In this document: one piece after another, positions 11,800 through 25,557 of the stretch | How positions within the stretch are numbered: the stretch's first letter is position 1 | How the letters are laid out: each line of letters starts with the position of its first letter | NCBI RefSeq assembly: GCF_036321535.1 | Contig: NC_087436.1 | Location: 88,910,001-88,974,000, forward strand | DNA length: 64,000 bases | Reading direction: 5' to 3' | Origin: Camelus dromedarius | Taxonomy: Eukaryota | Program-made: the position numbers and the translations under genes | The notes under the pieces: model-generated | Seen by the model: only the letters and a program-made list of their open reading frames with translations | Databases searched by the model: none | What the model was told of the DNA's origin: nothing

Positions 11800-12273
11800 C
11801 TGTGCTAAAGATTGCTACATGTCCCCCAGGACCCATTCTCCCCTTCTTCCTTTTAGAAACCCCCAGATTTTAGCCACTCGGCATCTACACACCAAGGTTC
11901 TAGTTGATGGGATATGAGCAAGGATGTGTGCCACGTCTGGGTCATGCCAATGCAGGAAAGAAAAAAAAGCCAGGAGGAAAGCTGGAAAACTGTATGCCCT
12001 CCATCTTTTCTGCAAGGATGCAGGGATGTGGATGTGCTGGTGGTGAGTCATCTTCAGTCATGCAAATGAGGGCAACACCCTTGGGAGATGGCAGAACAAA
12101 AAGGACAGGAAAGGATCTAAGTCCTTGGATAACTTTGTGAAACAAAGCTGCCCTAACCCTGTGGACTGTCAACCAGATTAGAATCTTCCTCGAGCGAGAA
12201 ATAAATCTTTTCATCTGCTTAAGCCACTTTTGTTCTCTGGTGAAAGCGTTAAAACCAGTATTTTAACTAGTAC
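11800..12273 (+). mobile_element. Old MLT1 (MaLR) solo LTR
   Basis: cccattctcccttcttcctt...gagagaaataaa-like motif...ttaagccact...taactagtaca end. Confidence 0.6.
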
Positions 12274-12390
12274 ACAGACTGACTTCTCCACACTCATCAG
12301 GATGGTCTAACAGCCATTGTTAGCAGTTGCTTGAAGGATTCTAAGCCTACGATGTCACGGACTCTCTTGATGGTAAAACAAATACCATAC

Positions 12391-12578
12391 CTGGGCAGAA
12401 GAGCAGCACAGGTGGTGAGAACACAGACTAAGTAGAACACTGGATCCAGCATGTGCTCCTGCATGATCCAGTAGGGGTTGGATGGTGGGTTGCAAGTTAC
12501 ACACATGGCTCCAAAAGCCAAGGCAAATAAAAAATAAGACAAGATGCTCCCAACAATGACCAGCCCGTGGATCCAAGT
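12391..12578 (-). CDS. ATP10D: ATP10D exon 22 equivalent (TM9-TM10)
   Basis: cttgcag|TWIHGLVIVGSILSYFLF...CNPPSNPYWIMQEHMLDPVFYLVCVLTTCAALLP(R)|gtatgg; 188 nt, phase 2. Confidence 0.96.
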
Positions 12579-12944
12579 CTGCAAGACAAGAAGAGCAGGG
12601 GAGATGAACATGCTTTCTCTGATAGGATTTTGCAGTCAGGCAAAATCTGCTGTGTTGAAGAGACAATACATCTAAGCAGTAGGTAAATGGTATAACAAAC
12701 CTTAGTGAACCAAACAAAATATTGAAGAGAGAAGGCAAAAGCATCTTTCGTAAATAGCTCATATCACTGTTTAAATTCTATAAAGCTTAAGTTAAAAGCC
12801 AAGAAGTAATTCTGATGACTTGTTTATTTTGTATTGTCCATGCACCATGATGCGTTTGGATTCTTTCTGTATTTTTCCATATAGTCACTCACTTGTCTGT
12901 GTCTTCATTAATCCAGTGAACCTCAGACTTGATCCACTTAAGTA

Positions 12945-13310
12945 GGTGGTAGACACTACTGTTGCGCACCAATATTCTCATTCTCTTTGCCCAATAAGCA
13001 TTCAAGAGGATTGCACTTCTCCACCGCCTTGAAGTTAAGCATGGCCACATGTCCTGCTTTGACCAATGAAAGGTAATGGGAAGCTTGCAAAAGCTTCAAG
13101 CTGGAAGTATGGAAGAACGGGTATGCAATTTTCCATACTGTCCCTTTTTTTCCATGTCAACCAATAAGTTCTTCTTGGGGATAATTCCAGATGGTAGAGC
13201 TACAAGACACCTGGGGTCACTGAGCCAACCCTCAGAGGACAACTGCTCTAGAGATATCTGGAACCCTGGTAAGTTTACATGAGCAAGAAATGAAGCTCTG
13301 TGTGTCACAC
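12945..13310 (+). mobile_element. Old MLT1 (MaLR) LTR fragment
   Basis: ttgaagttaagcatggccacatgtcctgctttgaccaatgaaa...tgagcaagaaat. Confidence 0.6.
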
Positions 13311-14555
13311 TATACACTGTCCACCTTCATATCTACGTGTAGCTTGCATTATTATTTTTCTTAATATTTTTCTGTCAACTGGTTTACTATTTAAGTTAGA
13401 GACTTTATTTAGAAAGAAAAGCAGATTACTCCTTTAAATGTAATATCAGCATTACCTGTCAAAACAGTGCTGAGTCTGGGGTCTGATCCGCCTTTGTTAC
13501 AAAGGTAAATTAGCAAGAGTTACTGCGATAAAACACAATACCCCAAACAGATTATTTCTTTGACACAATCCAAAGTACAAAAGAGAATTACCTAATGCGG
13601 CAGTCAGTGTAGTTTAGTGAAGTGTACAGTACCACCTACAACCACTGTATATACCACGGTAGTATATATTCCTCTTTTGGGGGAAGCACTGCTTTTATTA
13701 ATCTTTTTGATTTTCTAGGGCCATAATTTTTACACAAGGTCCAATTTTGTCCATTTTCCTCTCAACCTTGCAAAGTATTTCCCCAGGGCAGATACCTTCA
13801 CAAGAGTCACAAAGACTGCTCATTTTGTAAACATGCGTAAAATGCTCAGAAAATGTTGCTAAATCCACAATTAAGATTATTACGTCTCTAAAACAATGAT
13901 TTCTTAATTTTTTTCTTTCTCAAATGTTCTTCCCGCTGAGCCCTATTGCCTGATTTTTTTTTTCCTTTAAGATGTGCTTTTGGCAAGTGAGATGTGACTT
14001 GATAAAGTTGACATGTTTAGGTGAATTGATACAGTTAGAGTCAAGAGACACAAAACTGACAGGGAGGTAGGGGAGGTGGCAATGGGATGGTGGGCAAAAG
14101 TGTGAAAGGAAACAAATTCACATCTTCAGAATAGCTGACTCATACTGACAGTGGATCTTCAGAGGCCATGAGCTCTAGCCTCCCCTGGCGTGAGGAACAG
14201 TTCTTCAATGATTCATCCTTTACAGAGCAGTCACTGTTCTTGGCACCTTGCTTTCACTCCCCTTCTCATGGTGAGGACACCCAGCATCACGTGCAGTCTT
14301 GGCGAAATATTCCTCCTCTTACCAAAGCCTATGACTGGAGCTAAGGAAATAGAATTCTGTCACCAGGGACTGAACCTGGAGCACAATGAACAAGGCAAGA
14401 GCAGAAGGAAACGACTGGGGCCAATTCAGGCCAGAGTACCATCCTGACAAGCCTTCCCTTAGGCTCTGTTCCCTGGAGCAACAGAGCAACTCTGGACCCT
14501 CAGGATGGGTTTTTTGTTTGACCACAATTTTTCTGTACACACATATATATATATA

Positions 14556-14642
14556 TATTTTAATTGAAGTATAGTCAGTTACAATGCGTTTATTTCTGGG
14601 GTACAGCATAACGTCCCAGTCATGCATATATATATATGTATA

Positions 14643-14681
<39 letters not shown>

Positions 14682-14760
14682 ACACGTTTGTTTTCATATT
14701 CTTTTTCATCAAAGGTTATTATAAGATATTGAATATGGTTCCCTGTGCTATACAGAAGAA
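14556..14760 (-). mobile_element. Short L1 3'-end insertion carrying a microsatellite
   Basis: ttttaattgaagtatagtcagttacaatg...gtacagcat...aggttattataagatattgaatatggttccctgtgctatacag; antisense homolog of the L1 3' end at ~3530-3660. Confidence 0.8.
14647..14678. repeat. (TG)16 microsatellite
   Basis: Perfect dinucleotide run. Confidence 0.95.
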
Positions 14761-15204
14761 ATGATTCTTCAATACATTTTAATAACTTTTCTGCTTTAGC
14801 CAAAATAGATTGCTGTTGCTCATAACCACTGAATCCAACCAGACACTTAGAGTCTTCGGACATTAATCAATGTCCGAACTTAAGCCATGTCACTTTAGTA
14901 TCTATAAAATGAAATTAACTAGATACTAAAACAACCCCAAATATTTCAGTTCTAGAATTCCCTTTACTCTTCCCATCAGATATTTGCAGGTAATAACCTT
15001 TTACTACACTTTAGGTTTGTCATGTTTGGTTATAGCAGGTTATAAACAAAGCGAGTGATATCAAAAATAGTCAGCCCTACTTAAGTTTTAAAATAATCTC
15101 ATAATACAACCTCATATAACATTTGAAACTATAGCCTCATTCATTCAGCTACTTCCTGTTTGAAATACATCACCATCAAGATGTTAAATATATCCTCAAC
15201 TAGT

Positions 15205-15920
15205 CATTTAATCATTCATTTATTCATTCAAATATTTTCTGAGCACCTACTGTGTGCCAGTCTTGTCCTAGATACTGGTATACAGTGGTGAACAAAATAA
15301 ACATGAACCCTGTCCCCAAAGAGATTATAGTCTAATGTAGAAGAGAAACATGAACAAAATAATCACATAATTAAATAAAGAAGTATGTTATTATCAGGAC
15401 TATGAATGAAAAGAGGATGAAAAAAACAGATGGTGAGGGAAAGGCTCTTGGAGGAAGAAGCATTTTTGCTGAAACCTAAAATAGCATTTGAGCTGGGTGA
15501 AGTGCAGGATCCAAAAGGGAACTAAGAATAATACCATCAGAAGATAGGGTCAATGCTAAGGCCCCAATGTGGTAATGAGCTCACTGAAGCTGAAAAACCG
15601 AAGCAGGGGCAGTGTGTTTCCAGCCGAGGAGTAACTGGAAATGAGAGAGAAGAGGAGGCAACACTGCACAAAGTCTTACAGGCCATCTGAGGGCTTTTAG
15701 ATTTTATTCCAAGTCCAATGGAAAGCCACTGAAGGGTTTATATAAATCATATAATATGACTTATATATTTCAAAAGGATGGTTCTGGCTGTTCTGTAGCG
15801 AAGGACTGGAGAAGTCAAGGGCACAGGTGAGAACACAAAGAAGGCTGTCGCAATGGCTCAGGAACAGATGACAGTGGCTTTGACGACAGTAGAGACAGTG
15901 ACAATGGAAGTGAGCGAGCA
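15205..15920 (-). mobile_element. LINE-2 3' fragment
   Basis: cattcatttattcattcaaatatt...gagcacctactgtgtgccag...gggaagccactgaagggttt-like motif. Confidence 0.8.
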
Positions 15921-16577
15921 GCATAAATAATCCCAGAGGCAGTTAACTCTCCAGACAGGGGTGGGGTGTTCTTCATCTGCAAAGGAAGGTTTGCAATAAA
16001 GCTCTCTGTATCTGAATCCTACGTATTAGCTTTGCTGCAGAGCTACCTTGCAATCATGTGGATGAAAATACTTAACTTTATCATTAAATCAGCAACGAAG
16101 CTCAAAAAGATCTAGACTTAAATGAATGGTAAACATTCTGGAAGGAGAAAAAGATACATCTTTAGGTCTTATGAGAAAAGCATAAAATCATCACTTACAA
16201 AAGTCAGTATACCAGGATTATGGCGTGACACCTGTTTTTGTTTTAGTTGAAAGGCATCAGCTTGGTCTTGAGGAATGCTGGCCACAGAAAGGTGATTGTT
16301 TTTCCAGCCTGACTCACCTCCATGAACCACCCACAGCATGGATACCACCAAGGGGAGCAGGCAGGTGTTTTCCACTTTCCCCGGCTGCACGTCAGCCTCA
16401 GCCTAACGGCACTCAGCGACCAACAAGAGTGGCCGTGAATCCCCCTCCTTCCACGTGGTCATCGCTCTTCTCATTACCACATGTCTTCTAGGCATGAAAG
16501 GCTTAGCAGGGTCATGGCTAATAGGCATTTCCCCACGGATAGTTTCAGGCTCCTTCAGAGGCAGGAAAACCACTCAC

Positions 16578-16682
16578 CAGATTCTTGCTTTCAATGACCA
16601 GATGGAGCAGAATGATGAACAGAGCAGCTGTGTTCAGTGGATTTCCGAATGTAAAGATGTCAATGTCTGAGCCACGGTAGGC
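16578..16682 (-). CDS. ATP10D: ATP10D exon 21 equivalent (TM8)
   Basis: tttgcag|[35 protein letters not shown]|gtgagt; 105 nt. Confidence 0.95.
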
Positions 16683-17909
16683 CTGCAAAGAGGGGATGAG
16701 GGCTGGTGACTCTGAGGGACTGTGTATACTTCATTACTTGTCATTACGTGTCATTACTTCACTCCATGGCTCAACTGAGGATTCAGTCCCTTCTTCAGTG
16801 TTCCTGGTAACTGGTCATTCAGGATAACCTTGAACGTTTTCAGAAAAGAGACCGACTCTCTCCCAGACAGGCCATCTAATCTTTGAACTTTTCAGTTGGA
16901 ATTCCTTTTTATTCTGAATCATAATGTATTTTCCTTGAAACTGTTACTTATGCTTCTAGCTCTTTTGTGGTACAGAGAAATATCAAATATGTCTCACTTA
17001 ACAGAGTTGCAAACTAAGGCTAACGTGAGTTTATATCTCTGTTGAGTAAATATCCACCCCTCTCATATGTGTATGTCTTCAAGTCCTTAAAGTAGTCCTC
17101 GAATGACACAGTTTTCTGATCTTTTATAATTCTTATCCTTGTCTTCGGAGTACACTTCAGATAGCCATTCCTCTTGAAATGCAGCATACGTAAAATATTC
17201 TAACTGGGTGAATTCAAGTCATTTTATTTGAATAAAGAATGAAAATGATTAACTTAGAGACTATTACTTTTTTCATTCTTATTACTAATAGAACCTTTGT
17301 TAACATCATCCGTGATTAAATTCATGTTTTCTTTGTGGGGGGGGCGGATGTGTGGATGAGTAGCTATAACATGCTGCTTTGTGCTTGGTGCTGGCCTAAT
17401 TTTTAAAATTAATTTACACATTCTTTTCTTTGTTACCTTTCTTCCATTCTTTAACTATAAAACAGCTTTTTTGGTGGTTTTTTTTTTTTTTTTCATTTTG
17501 GGGAGACTACTTATAAGAACTTAAATTTAATACTCTGAATGTCATCCTGGTGGAATTAGCCCAGCACTCCCTCATAATAGCTTTCATAATCTGACTTTGC
17601 CTCTCTGATTCTGACTCATCTAATTATACGGCTGGACTTAGAACTTTTTTCTAGTTATTAACGAAAATTACCAAGCAGTACAGGGCCGAAGAGACCCAAA
17701 AGGACTCAGCTAGGCACTGCTCTCCAAATTTAACCCATTACCTAACTTATTTTGGAGGCGGAGGTTATAACTGAGTTAGTTAATAATCAACTTGATTATA
17801 TGAGCCATCTACCGTAATAAGCCTATTCTGATGCTGATATTGGCAACAAAGAACAAAGAAGCATCACTGATTTGTTAACAGCAAATCGTCTGAGTACACA
17901 AGGACTCAC

Positions 17910-17990
17910 GTAGTAAGGCACAAAGAAGCAGACCAGGCTTTGATAAAAGGCATCCAACAAGGTGATCCAGAAGGTGCGGGGTAAGTAGGC
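17910..17990 (-). CDS. ATP10D: ATP10D exon 20 equivalent (TM7)
   Basis: tttgcag|AYLPRTFWITLLDAFYQSLVCFFVPYY|gtgagt; 81 nt. Confidence 0.95.
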
Positions 17991-18329
17991 CTGCAAATGA
18001 AACAGATGTTGGGGAGGGAGTGATTAATAAGGGTCAAAGCAAAATCAACGAACAACACAAGCCGGTGCGTATTTTTGCTTCCCTGGGGGAAAACTCTATC
18101 CCTTCATTCTCTCACTCACAAAACAGGTGGGATTTGTAAACAGTGGTGGAAGAATGAGGGGTTGTAATTTAATGAGATGAGTTCACAGGCAAAAAAAGCA
18201 TCCCTGAATTTCTTCAACTCGTATTACTTTTAGCATTGGATCAATCTTAAATCCGCCTGGAAATAGGAACATTGGTACTAACTTTCCATTTCCTATTAAT
18301 CAAAAAACACTGGTTCAGAAACTCCAAAT

Positions 18330-19055
18330 CCATCTACTTCTTCTCCACTACTCCCTTCATTCTACTTCACCACCAACTCTCTATAAATGAATGGAGAGCC
18401 ATCCAGCTGGCCTCTTTGCTTCCTCTCTTAGCCCTAATCCAATCTTCCCATAGCAGCCAGCTGGTTTTAAAAAATGTAAATCAGGTTATGCCATCTACCT
18501 AATTAATCAAACTGACCTCCTCTTATCCCTCCAATGACTTCCTCTGTGTTTCCAATACAAAATCTAAGTTCCTCTCGGTGGTCTGTGAGGTCCTGCGTGG
18601 TCTGCCCACTGCAGCCCCTGCCCTCCAAAGCCACCTTGCCCACTCTTACTTTCATTCACCATCCTCTCAATACACAGACTTCACCCTATGTCTCAAATAC
18701 GCCAAATCCATTCTTTCCTCGGGGCTTCACCTGCACTATTATCTCTGTCAGAAATTCTTTCCTGGATCTCCCACGTGACCAGTTCCTCACTCAAGTGTCA
18801 CTTCCTCACAGAGGCACAGACCTCCTTCCCCAGACCAGTCTAAAACTTACGCCCTTAATCATTTACTGCCATGGCATCTCTGAAGTCTCTCATCACCATC
18901 AGACATAATTTTATGTATTCACTTGATGATTTTCTATGTTCTCTCAACAGAATGCAAACTTCAGAGACTGGGACTTGGGCTCTTGATTATTCAAGTGATT
19001 AAAACAGTGTCTGGTACATAGCAAGTACTCAACAAATAATTGTTGGATTAATAAA
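18330..19055 (+). mobile_element. LINE-2 3' fragment
   Basis: Pyrimidine-rich body ending aacagtgtctggtacatagcaagtactcaacaaataattgttg. Confidence 0.75.
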
Positions 19056-21619
19056 CCATTCTCAGGTAACTTTCAGGTGCTAAACTGCTTCCTACCAAAA
19101 GCTCGTAGAAAGAGAGAGAACGATCAAGTAGAGACACTTGTCAAGTGATTGGCAACAGGTTTTCAAACAAGAGACAACCCTGGTTAAATGGTAATGTGTA
19201 TGCAGAAGGATTCTGAGGCTCCAATCAGACCCAGCAGGGAGGATGGAGTGCTATGGTTTATTAGTGATGTGTGTCGTGGACAAAAACAGCAACACGTGTA
19301 TCATCTCCCTGAGCTAGTCTTCCCCTTACATGTTCATAAACCTATTTCCTTTCACATGCAAAGAGAGGCTGAAATTTTCTTGAAAATGCCCAATGGTCTC
19401 CTAAAGAATAAAGCTTGGTAAATTTTACAAAATTTCCATATATGTTCTTCCATCCTTCAGAAGACAACACTTGGAAGTTTTATACCTGTCCTTTTTTCTT
19501 TCTTATCTCTTTGTCCTCTGGAAAATCAAAGCAATGAAGAGTCACTGTTTCCAGTCTACTTTTCCCTGTATCTTCTTTTACAATTTTCTCATTGGAAATG
19601 ATGGAAGCTTCTACCTGCTTTTCTTCATCCCAGTGTCCTTAAAATCTAAGCAAAAGCACAATCAAATGGTGGAAGAGAATGTGGCAGAGTCAAAGGGGCC
19701 ACCAAAATGTCACTGGACATTTTGGGATGAGTTAAAATATCACTCCATGCTTCTAGGAGAACAGAGGTTGCTCAAAAAACCTAGAGACAAAGGGTAACAA
19801 GTATACTTTCTCCACAGTCTTGTGAGTAAGGGGACTTAGTGGTGGAGAAGAGTCAAGGATAAGATGAATGAGAGGCCGAAGGGAGTAATTCATGGGATCT
19901 CCTGGAAACCGAGAGGGAAAATCTGGACATGAAGTCAAAGCTAGGGAAGAAGACTGTGTGGGTGATGAGAGACAGGTAATAGACGATTGCTTCTTGGAAG
20001 GGAAACCTCTGTCTGCAGCACTCCAGACCCATATCCTTTCGAGGAGAGAGATGCTATTACCCTGAATAGTGAATTTCATAACACCAAAGACAGGAAATGG
20101 CCCAAGCATAAAACAGAATTTGTTTGGAGGCCAAGTTCAAAGAAAGGACAACTCTTCTGGAAGGTAAAGTCAATGAAATCAATTACCTTTCATCAATAGC
20201 CACATGCTGGGAATCTGCCTGCTATTACCATGTATCATAAAACTGGCCAGCTCAATAGAACAATGTGTGCAAAGGATTGATAAGAGGCTTCAACAATAGG
20301 AGACGATGACCTCAACTCTTCCAGGGTAAGGACCAATTACAATCTTCAGTCTGTACAAATGGGCTTTTAAAACATCAACTATAAAAAACTTTAAAGGTCT
20401 CCCTTTACCCCTCTTTCCCTAATGAACTTGGAATTTAACTGAGGTCTGTGGTGCAGGACAACCCTCATTAATACCAACCACACATTCTTGCACTTGAACT
20501 TTTAGTCAGATTGGACTTTTTAGGGAAAACCCCATGTGGTTCTTTGATCTGAATGGATTAGATAATATTAAAGGACGGTAAGGAATTCTTCCCTGGAAGC
20601 TGACTTCTCCTCTGTGCTGGCTGCTCTTTGAGCTTTGGGACATTAAATTACTCTCCAGTCTGGAAAGGCAATTCAAGCCAGAATAAAGTCGGATTGACAA
20701 AAGGAAACGCATCATTTTAAATTCAAGATTTCCTCAAATTTCTGGTTAAGTCTGGGGATGGGGTAAAAATAACATTGAGAGGGTAATATGGCTGGAAATT
20801 TTACACATATAATCTTACCTAATCCTCACACTGTCTCCAGAAAGTAAACAAACTGGAGTACAGGCAAGTTAAATAACTCACCAAGGTCACATACCACAGA
20901 GCCAGAATTTAAACTCAGGCTAAACATAACCCCTAATTTCTAACATGTGCTGATTTGGTCAGCATCTTCAGAACAATGGGGCCAGAGAAGCCCAGCACAC
21001 GGATTTCTTATGGAGAGCTTCATTCTCATCTCTCTAGACCTACAGGGGACCCGCCTTCTCAACCCCGTCCATGTAGTTCAGCTCTGCCCTCGGGAATGAT
21101 CTACCGCCCAGACCTGGTCAGTGGGGAAATGGTCTTTCTGGCCAAAGCGATATAAACACAGGGAAGGGCATGGAACTCAGCTGCGGCCAACGAGCCATAA
21201 GCAGCACTTATAGTTGCTTTAACAGTAACAGTGCTCTGTCACCACTCCTCTTGGACTTTGCAGCTATGCAAAACACCCATGGTTGTTTCAGACCCAATAC
21301 ATCTCCCTTTTTTTATTAAGCCAATTTGAACTGGTTTTCTGTCACTTGCAACCAGGAGTCCTGACTCACAGAGTCCTCTTCTCAAGGCTCAGTTATCTGA
21401 CCAGACTGACCCCTCCGCTTTGTCCATGTAGCGGTACCTACAGGTTGCTGGTCCACCTCTGTCCCAGTGATCCTGACAATGGACTTATGAGAGCACTTTG
21501 GATTTCTGGCCATTAAACAGCAAAGGGGTGGGAGGTACCCAAGGACCAAAGACGGCAGCGGTGTTCTCTCTGCAGCCCAGCACGGGCTCGGGAACCAGAG
21601 ATCACATGCACCACCCACG

Positions 21620-21820
21620 AGCTTGGTGACACGGCAGATTACTTAAGGTACCTCTCTGTGCCCGACTGTCCTCATGCACAGTGCGGATAACGATACTGCC
21701 TATCTGGCAGGGCCACTTTGAGAATTCGATTTATGTATGTTAAGCACTTACAATAGTGCCTGGCAGATAGGAGGCATTACATAAATGTTCGTAAGGCTAT
21801 CTCAATGCTGGTTGTTATTA
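21620..21820 (+). mobile_element. MIR SINE
   Basis: ctctctgtgcc...cctcat...gtaagcactta-like motif...agtgcctggca...aaatgtt. Confidence 0.6.
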
Positions 21821-22566
21821 ATTCTGTAAAAGATGAATTAGAAAGAATGAGCTTTGAGACAGCTAGCCCCACTAATCAGCGAGCTACAATACTCCAGGTA
21901 AGAGACAATGAGGGCAGAGAGAGGGGGATGGAAAGGGGCAGATGTACGTGATACATCAGAGGTGGGTGGATAAGGCTGAGAGGTCAATTAAGGGGAGCGG
22001 GGGTGTGGTTCTAGACAGCGGGAGCTATCAAGGTTACGCCACTGTTTTCCAGGACAGGAGAACCTAAAGAATTTCATTTTGGCTTTAGAATCAGCCTAAG
22101 AAGTATTCACATCCCGGCTCTGCCATTTTTCAGCTATGAGATTTTTGGAAAAGTTACGTAGCCCCTTTGAAGTTCAGACTGTTCATCTTAGAATGGGAAC
22201 AATACCAGGTCCTTTCTCCAAGTGATTTGTGACGATGACTGGGACCAGGAATAATTAGTAGTTTGCACAACAGAAGGCGCCACGAGGTTTAGTAAATACT
22301 AGCTATTAATAGTTGTAAGGTCTAAAGACTGGATTTCTTCTTAGAAGCACCTGAAATCTTTCATAAAGACAAAAATCTTTCATAAAAACCAATCTTTCAT
22401 TTGTGTTCATCTCAGAAGAGAGTAACTATACCTGCTATGTTAGTACAGATCTCTGGAAACCGCCAATTCAAATCGCTTTCAACACACCACAACATTTCAG
22501 CTGATTGGAAAACGCGCTTTGACAATGGGTGTGAACTGGCCCGCGTGGCTTTGCTGAAGCACCCAC

Positions 22567-22767
22567 CTCTGACTTCTGACCGCTCATGTAAAGTTCTGGC
22601 AGCTGCATGAGGGTCTCCGCAGACTTGTCTTTCTCCAGAACACCGTAAATGACGGGAGGCGCAGACGTGAAAAGGAGGTTGAAGAAGATCAAAACCCAGT
22701 AGTCAGTCATGGATGTTCCTGAAAACCCACAAAAGAACTGGTACCAGAAAAGGAGGTTCACATAAGC
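22567..22767 (-). CDS. ATP10D: ATP10D exon 19 equivalent (TM5-TM6)
   Basis: tccctag|[17 protein letters not shown]...[23 protein letters not shown]|gtgggt; 201 nt. Confidence 0.96.
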
Positions 22768-22974
22768 CTAGGGACACAAAGAGGGACATTGGCATCTTAG
22801 AAACAGCAATGCATGCTACGACCGCACATGCCCCACGCTGCATCCTGAGCAGTGCTCTCAGCCTCTCCCTCAGAGCAGCTTCCTCATTTGCAGAATGGAG
22901 ACCACAACTTACCTTGCAGCTTCTTCTGGTAACTGTTTTAGTAAATTAAAACATATAAACATATACACGCACAC

Positions 22975-23170
22975 ACACACATACCATTTACTATGTGGTG
23001 CTGGCACTGTTCTAAGAGCTTTGCAGATAATTCATTTAATTTTCATGACAACTTGGGAATTACTATTGTTCCCATTTTACAGATGAGGAAACTGAGGTGC
23101 AAAGAAGAGAAGCAACTTGCCCAATGTTGCCTGGCTAATAAGTGGCAGAGCCAATATTCAACTGGAGACA
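22975..23170 (-). mobile_element. MIR SINE
   Basis: cccattttacagatgaggaaactgagg...aacttgccca...taagtggcagagcc. Confidence 0.85.
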
Positions 23171-23284
23171 TTCTAGCTGTAGATAAAGAACCTAGCCCCG
23201 TGCCTGGTACGTGGCAACCAGTGTTTATTCTCCTGCTTTCTGGCTTCACAATTATTTTTTAGTGGTGAAATGGGATGGTGCTGG

Positions 23285-23402
23285 CAGGCTGGCCAACTCT
23301 CTATTCCTACTTTGCTTGGGACTGAGGAGTTTCCCAGGACATAGCATTCTTATTACTAAAACTGGCATGGTCCCAGCAAAACCAGGACAGGTGGTCACCC
23401 TA
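23285..23402. mobile_element. MER94-like hAT-Blackjack MITE
   Basis: gggactgaggagtttcccaggac...aaaaccaggacaggtggtcacccta. Confidence 0.65.
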
Positions 23403-25431
23403 GCAGCCAAGCACATACATTGTACATCATTTCCTCCAGTATTTTGTCTCAGACAGAATAAGCCCATGATAGTAAAAGCTCTGTGCCCACAGGCAAGGCA
23501 GGCCCCAGGAAAGGACACTGGGCTTATATTCAGGGATGTTGTTTCAAGGCCGGGGGACACTTCCTATGGACTGACTTCAGCCTATTTTCCTAACCTCTCT
23601 GAATTTTGGTTTCCTTGTTTGGAAAATGAGAATTACATCACCTTAGGGTTTAGTATCAAGATGAAGTTGGAAGGTGCTCATGACCTATAAAGTGTCTTTT
23701 TAATGAATATTAGTCAATTAAGATATTATTAGCATTGGCATCATAGATACAGCAGAACACCTTAGGATGGGGCCACAATCCCGAGAGTTTCTTAGCCTCG
23801 GGTCCATGACATGCATTATGCCTCACTCTTGAAAATGTTATCAGTTTGGGTACATGTGGTTCGGGGCGCTATTCTGAATCCACAGTCCTCATCACTATCT
23901 CAAAAGTTGGCCAAGACCCAGGAACCACAGTCTCAGAAAGCTAAGCCACTCAAATGGCTCCTGATGCTGGCCCTGTTCTCCACAGTGTACAAGCCATTCA
24001 TTGTTTAGCTGGGCAAGAAAGACGTGGGATTGAATTGGGAGAATACCAGTGTGAACGGCCACCAAGGTTCACAGAGCAGAGGGACCACAGGGTCCTTGCT
24101 CTCCAGGGATGTACTTTCTACTAATAATCACTCGATCTCTCCAGGAGCACGTCTCTTTTTAATATTAGTTCAAAATGTGGAGTTAAAAGGTAGGGGGAGG
24201 GGATGCGGTGAGCTGCATCATAATACAAGAGAAGGTAGAAAAATGCCAAGGTATTAAAAAAACAAAACATGGGAGAGGGGCTCCCCTCTAAAAGTCATTG
24301 ACCATCCTGAAATTTTAAATTGCAAGTCACAGCTTTCCCCCAGAATCAGGTACTCAGAAAGAGACATTATACATTTCAAATAACTTTCTAAAGTATCAAA
24401 GTTTTTTTTAAACTTTGACTAAAAGTGCTAATTCTAAAGGTAAAGTACTGAGAACTTCCTGAAAAGTTCATTGTGCTACAGGAAAAAAAAAAAAAAAGCT
24501 CCTGATAGGCAGACAGACAGACAGACACACATGCACAGATCTAAAGTACATATCTGGGATATTCCAAAAACGATCCATTAAAGTCATCTTTTTCCTAAAG
24601 ACCGTATTTCAATAGAGTGATGCAAATTTATGTTTACTACTAACTTGCCACACATGGACTTCTAAGACCAAGAATAAATTTGGTCTGAAAACTGTGACAT
24701 ATTTGCGTAATAAACCCTCCTAGAAGGGATTTAGGTGAAGCAATCTAAGGTCAACATGAGATTCTCAAAGAGGAAACTGAAATTTAAGTGGTATGCTAAA
24801 GATTCAAAGCCAGGACTTCTACTAATCAAATCCTGCCCTTTTAGGAATCATACAGTCAAATTAAGTTCCTTGATCATCAAACAGCTACCAAGCACCAACA
24901 CATTTTATAGTCTTGCCAGAGAATTCTTCCTCTGGGGGTGCCAGCAGCTCCAGGCTAAGGCACTGCACTGGGTTTCCACCTGTATCTGTGTCTGTGTCTT
25001 CAATATACCCCACGGGACATGCACTTGGGGACTGCAGATTTTTTTTTTTTGTATCTCCTGCAACATGAAAGCAAACCTTTCCATTCTCTACTGACAGAGA
25101 GCATTAAACATTTCATAATTCTGCTTGTCACAACCTTTTTATGGAAGGTCAGAAATTGGACTCTAAATGAACCAGACAGGGCCTAATTGAATTTAAATGC
25201 ACAGGGAATAGAAAATGCTAGCAGATGGACAAGCCTAGCAATTTGCTGTCAGCAGCTGAAACATACAGCACATTCCCAGATTATTCCTGGTAAGGCAACG
25301 GGAGTGCTCCTGGCTGCTTCCCAAACATCACTGAGCCCAGTGAGCTGTGTGCAGCGCCCCCTTCTCACCCCTTACACAAGCAGGAGGGGAAATGGGAGGA
25401 GAGAAGGGACGAATTCTCCGGAGCTACATAC

Positions 25432-25557
25432 CACGTTCTTGTAGAAAAAATAGAGAATCATGTTGGAAAGTCGGATATAACACCAATGCCCATGGACAAG
25501 GAGGAGCTTGCTGAGATGTTTAAACTGAGAAATGGCAAAGTCGCTGGCCATCACAGC
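25432..25557 (-). CDS. ATP10D: ATP10D exon 18 equivalent (into TM5)
   Basis: tccgcag|[42 protein letters not shown]|gtatgt; 126 nt. Confidence 0.97.

Noticed and set aside
23211..23690. 159-aa + strand ORF
   Set aside because: Runs through MER94 and MIR fragments; no recognisable domain.
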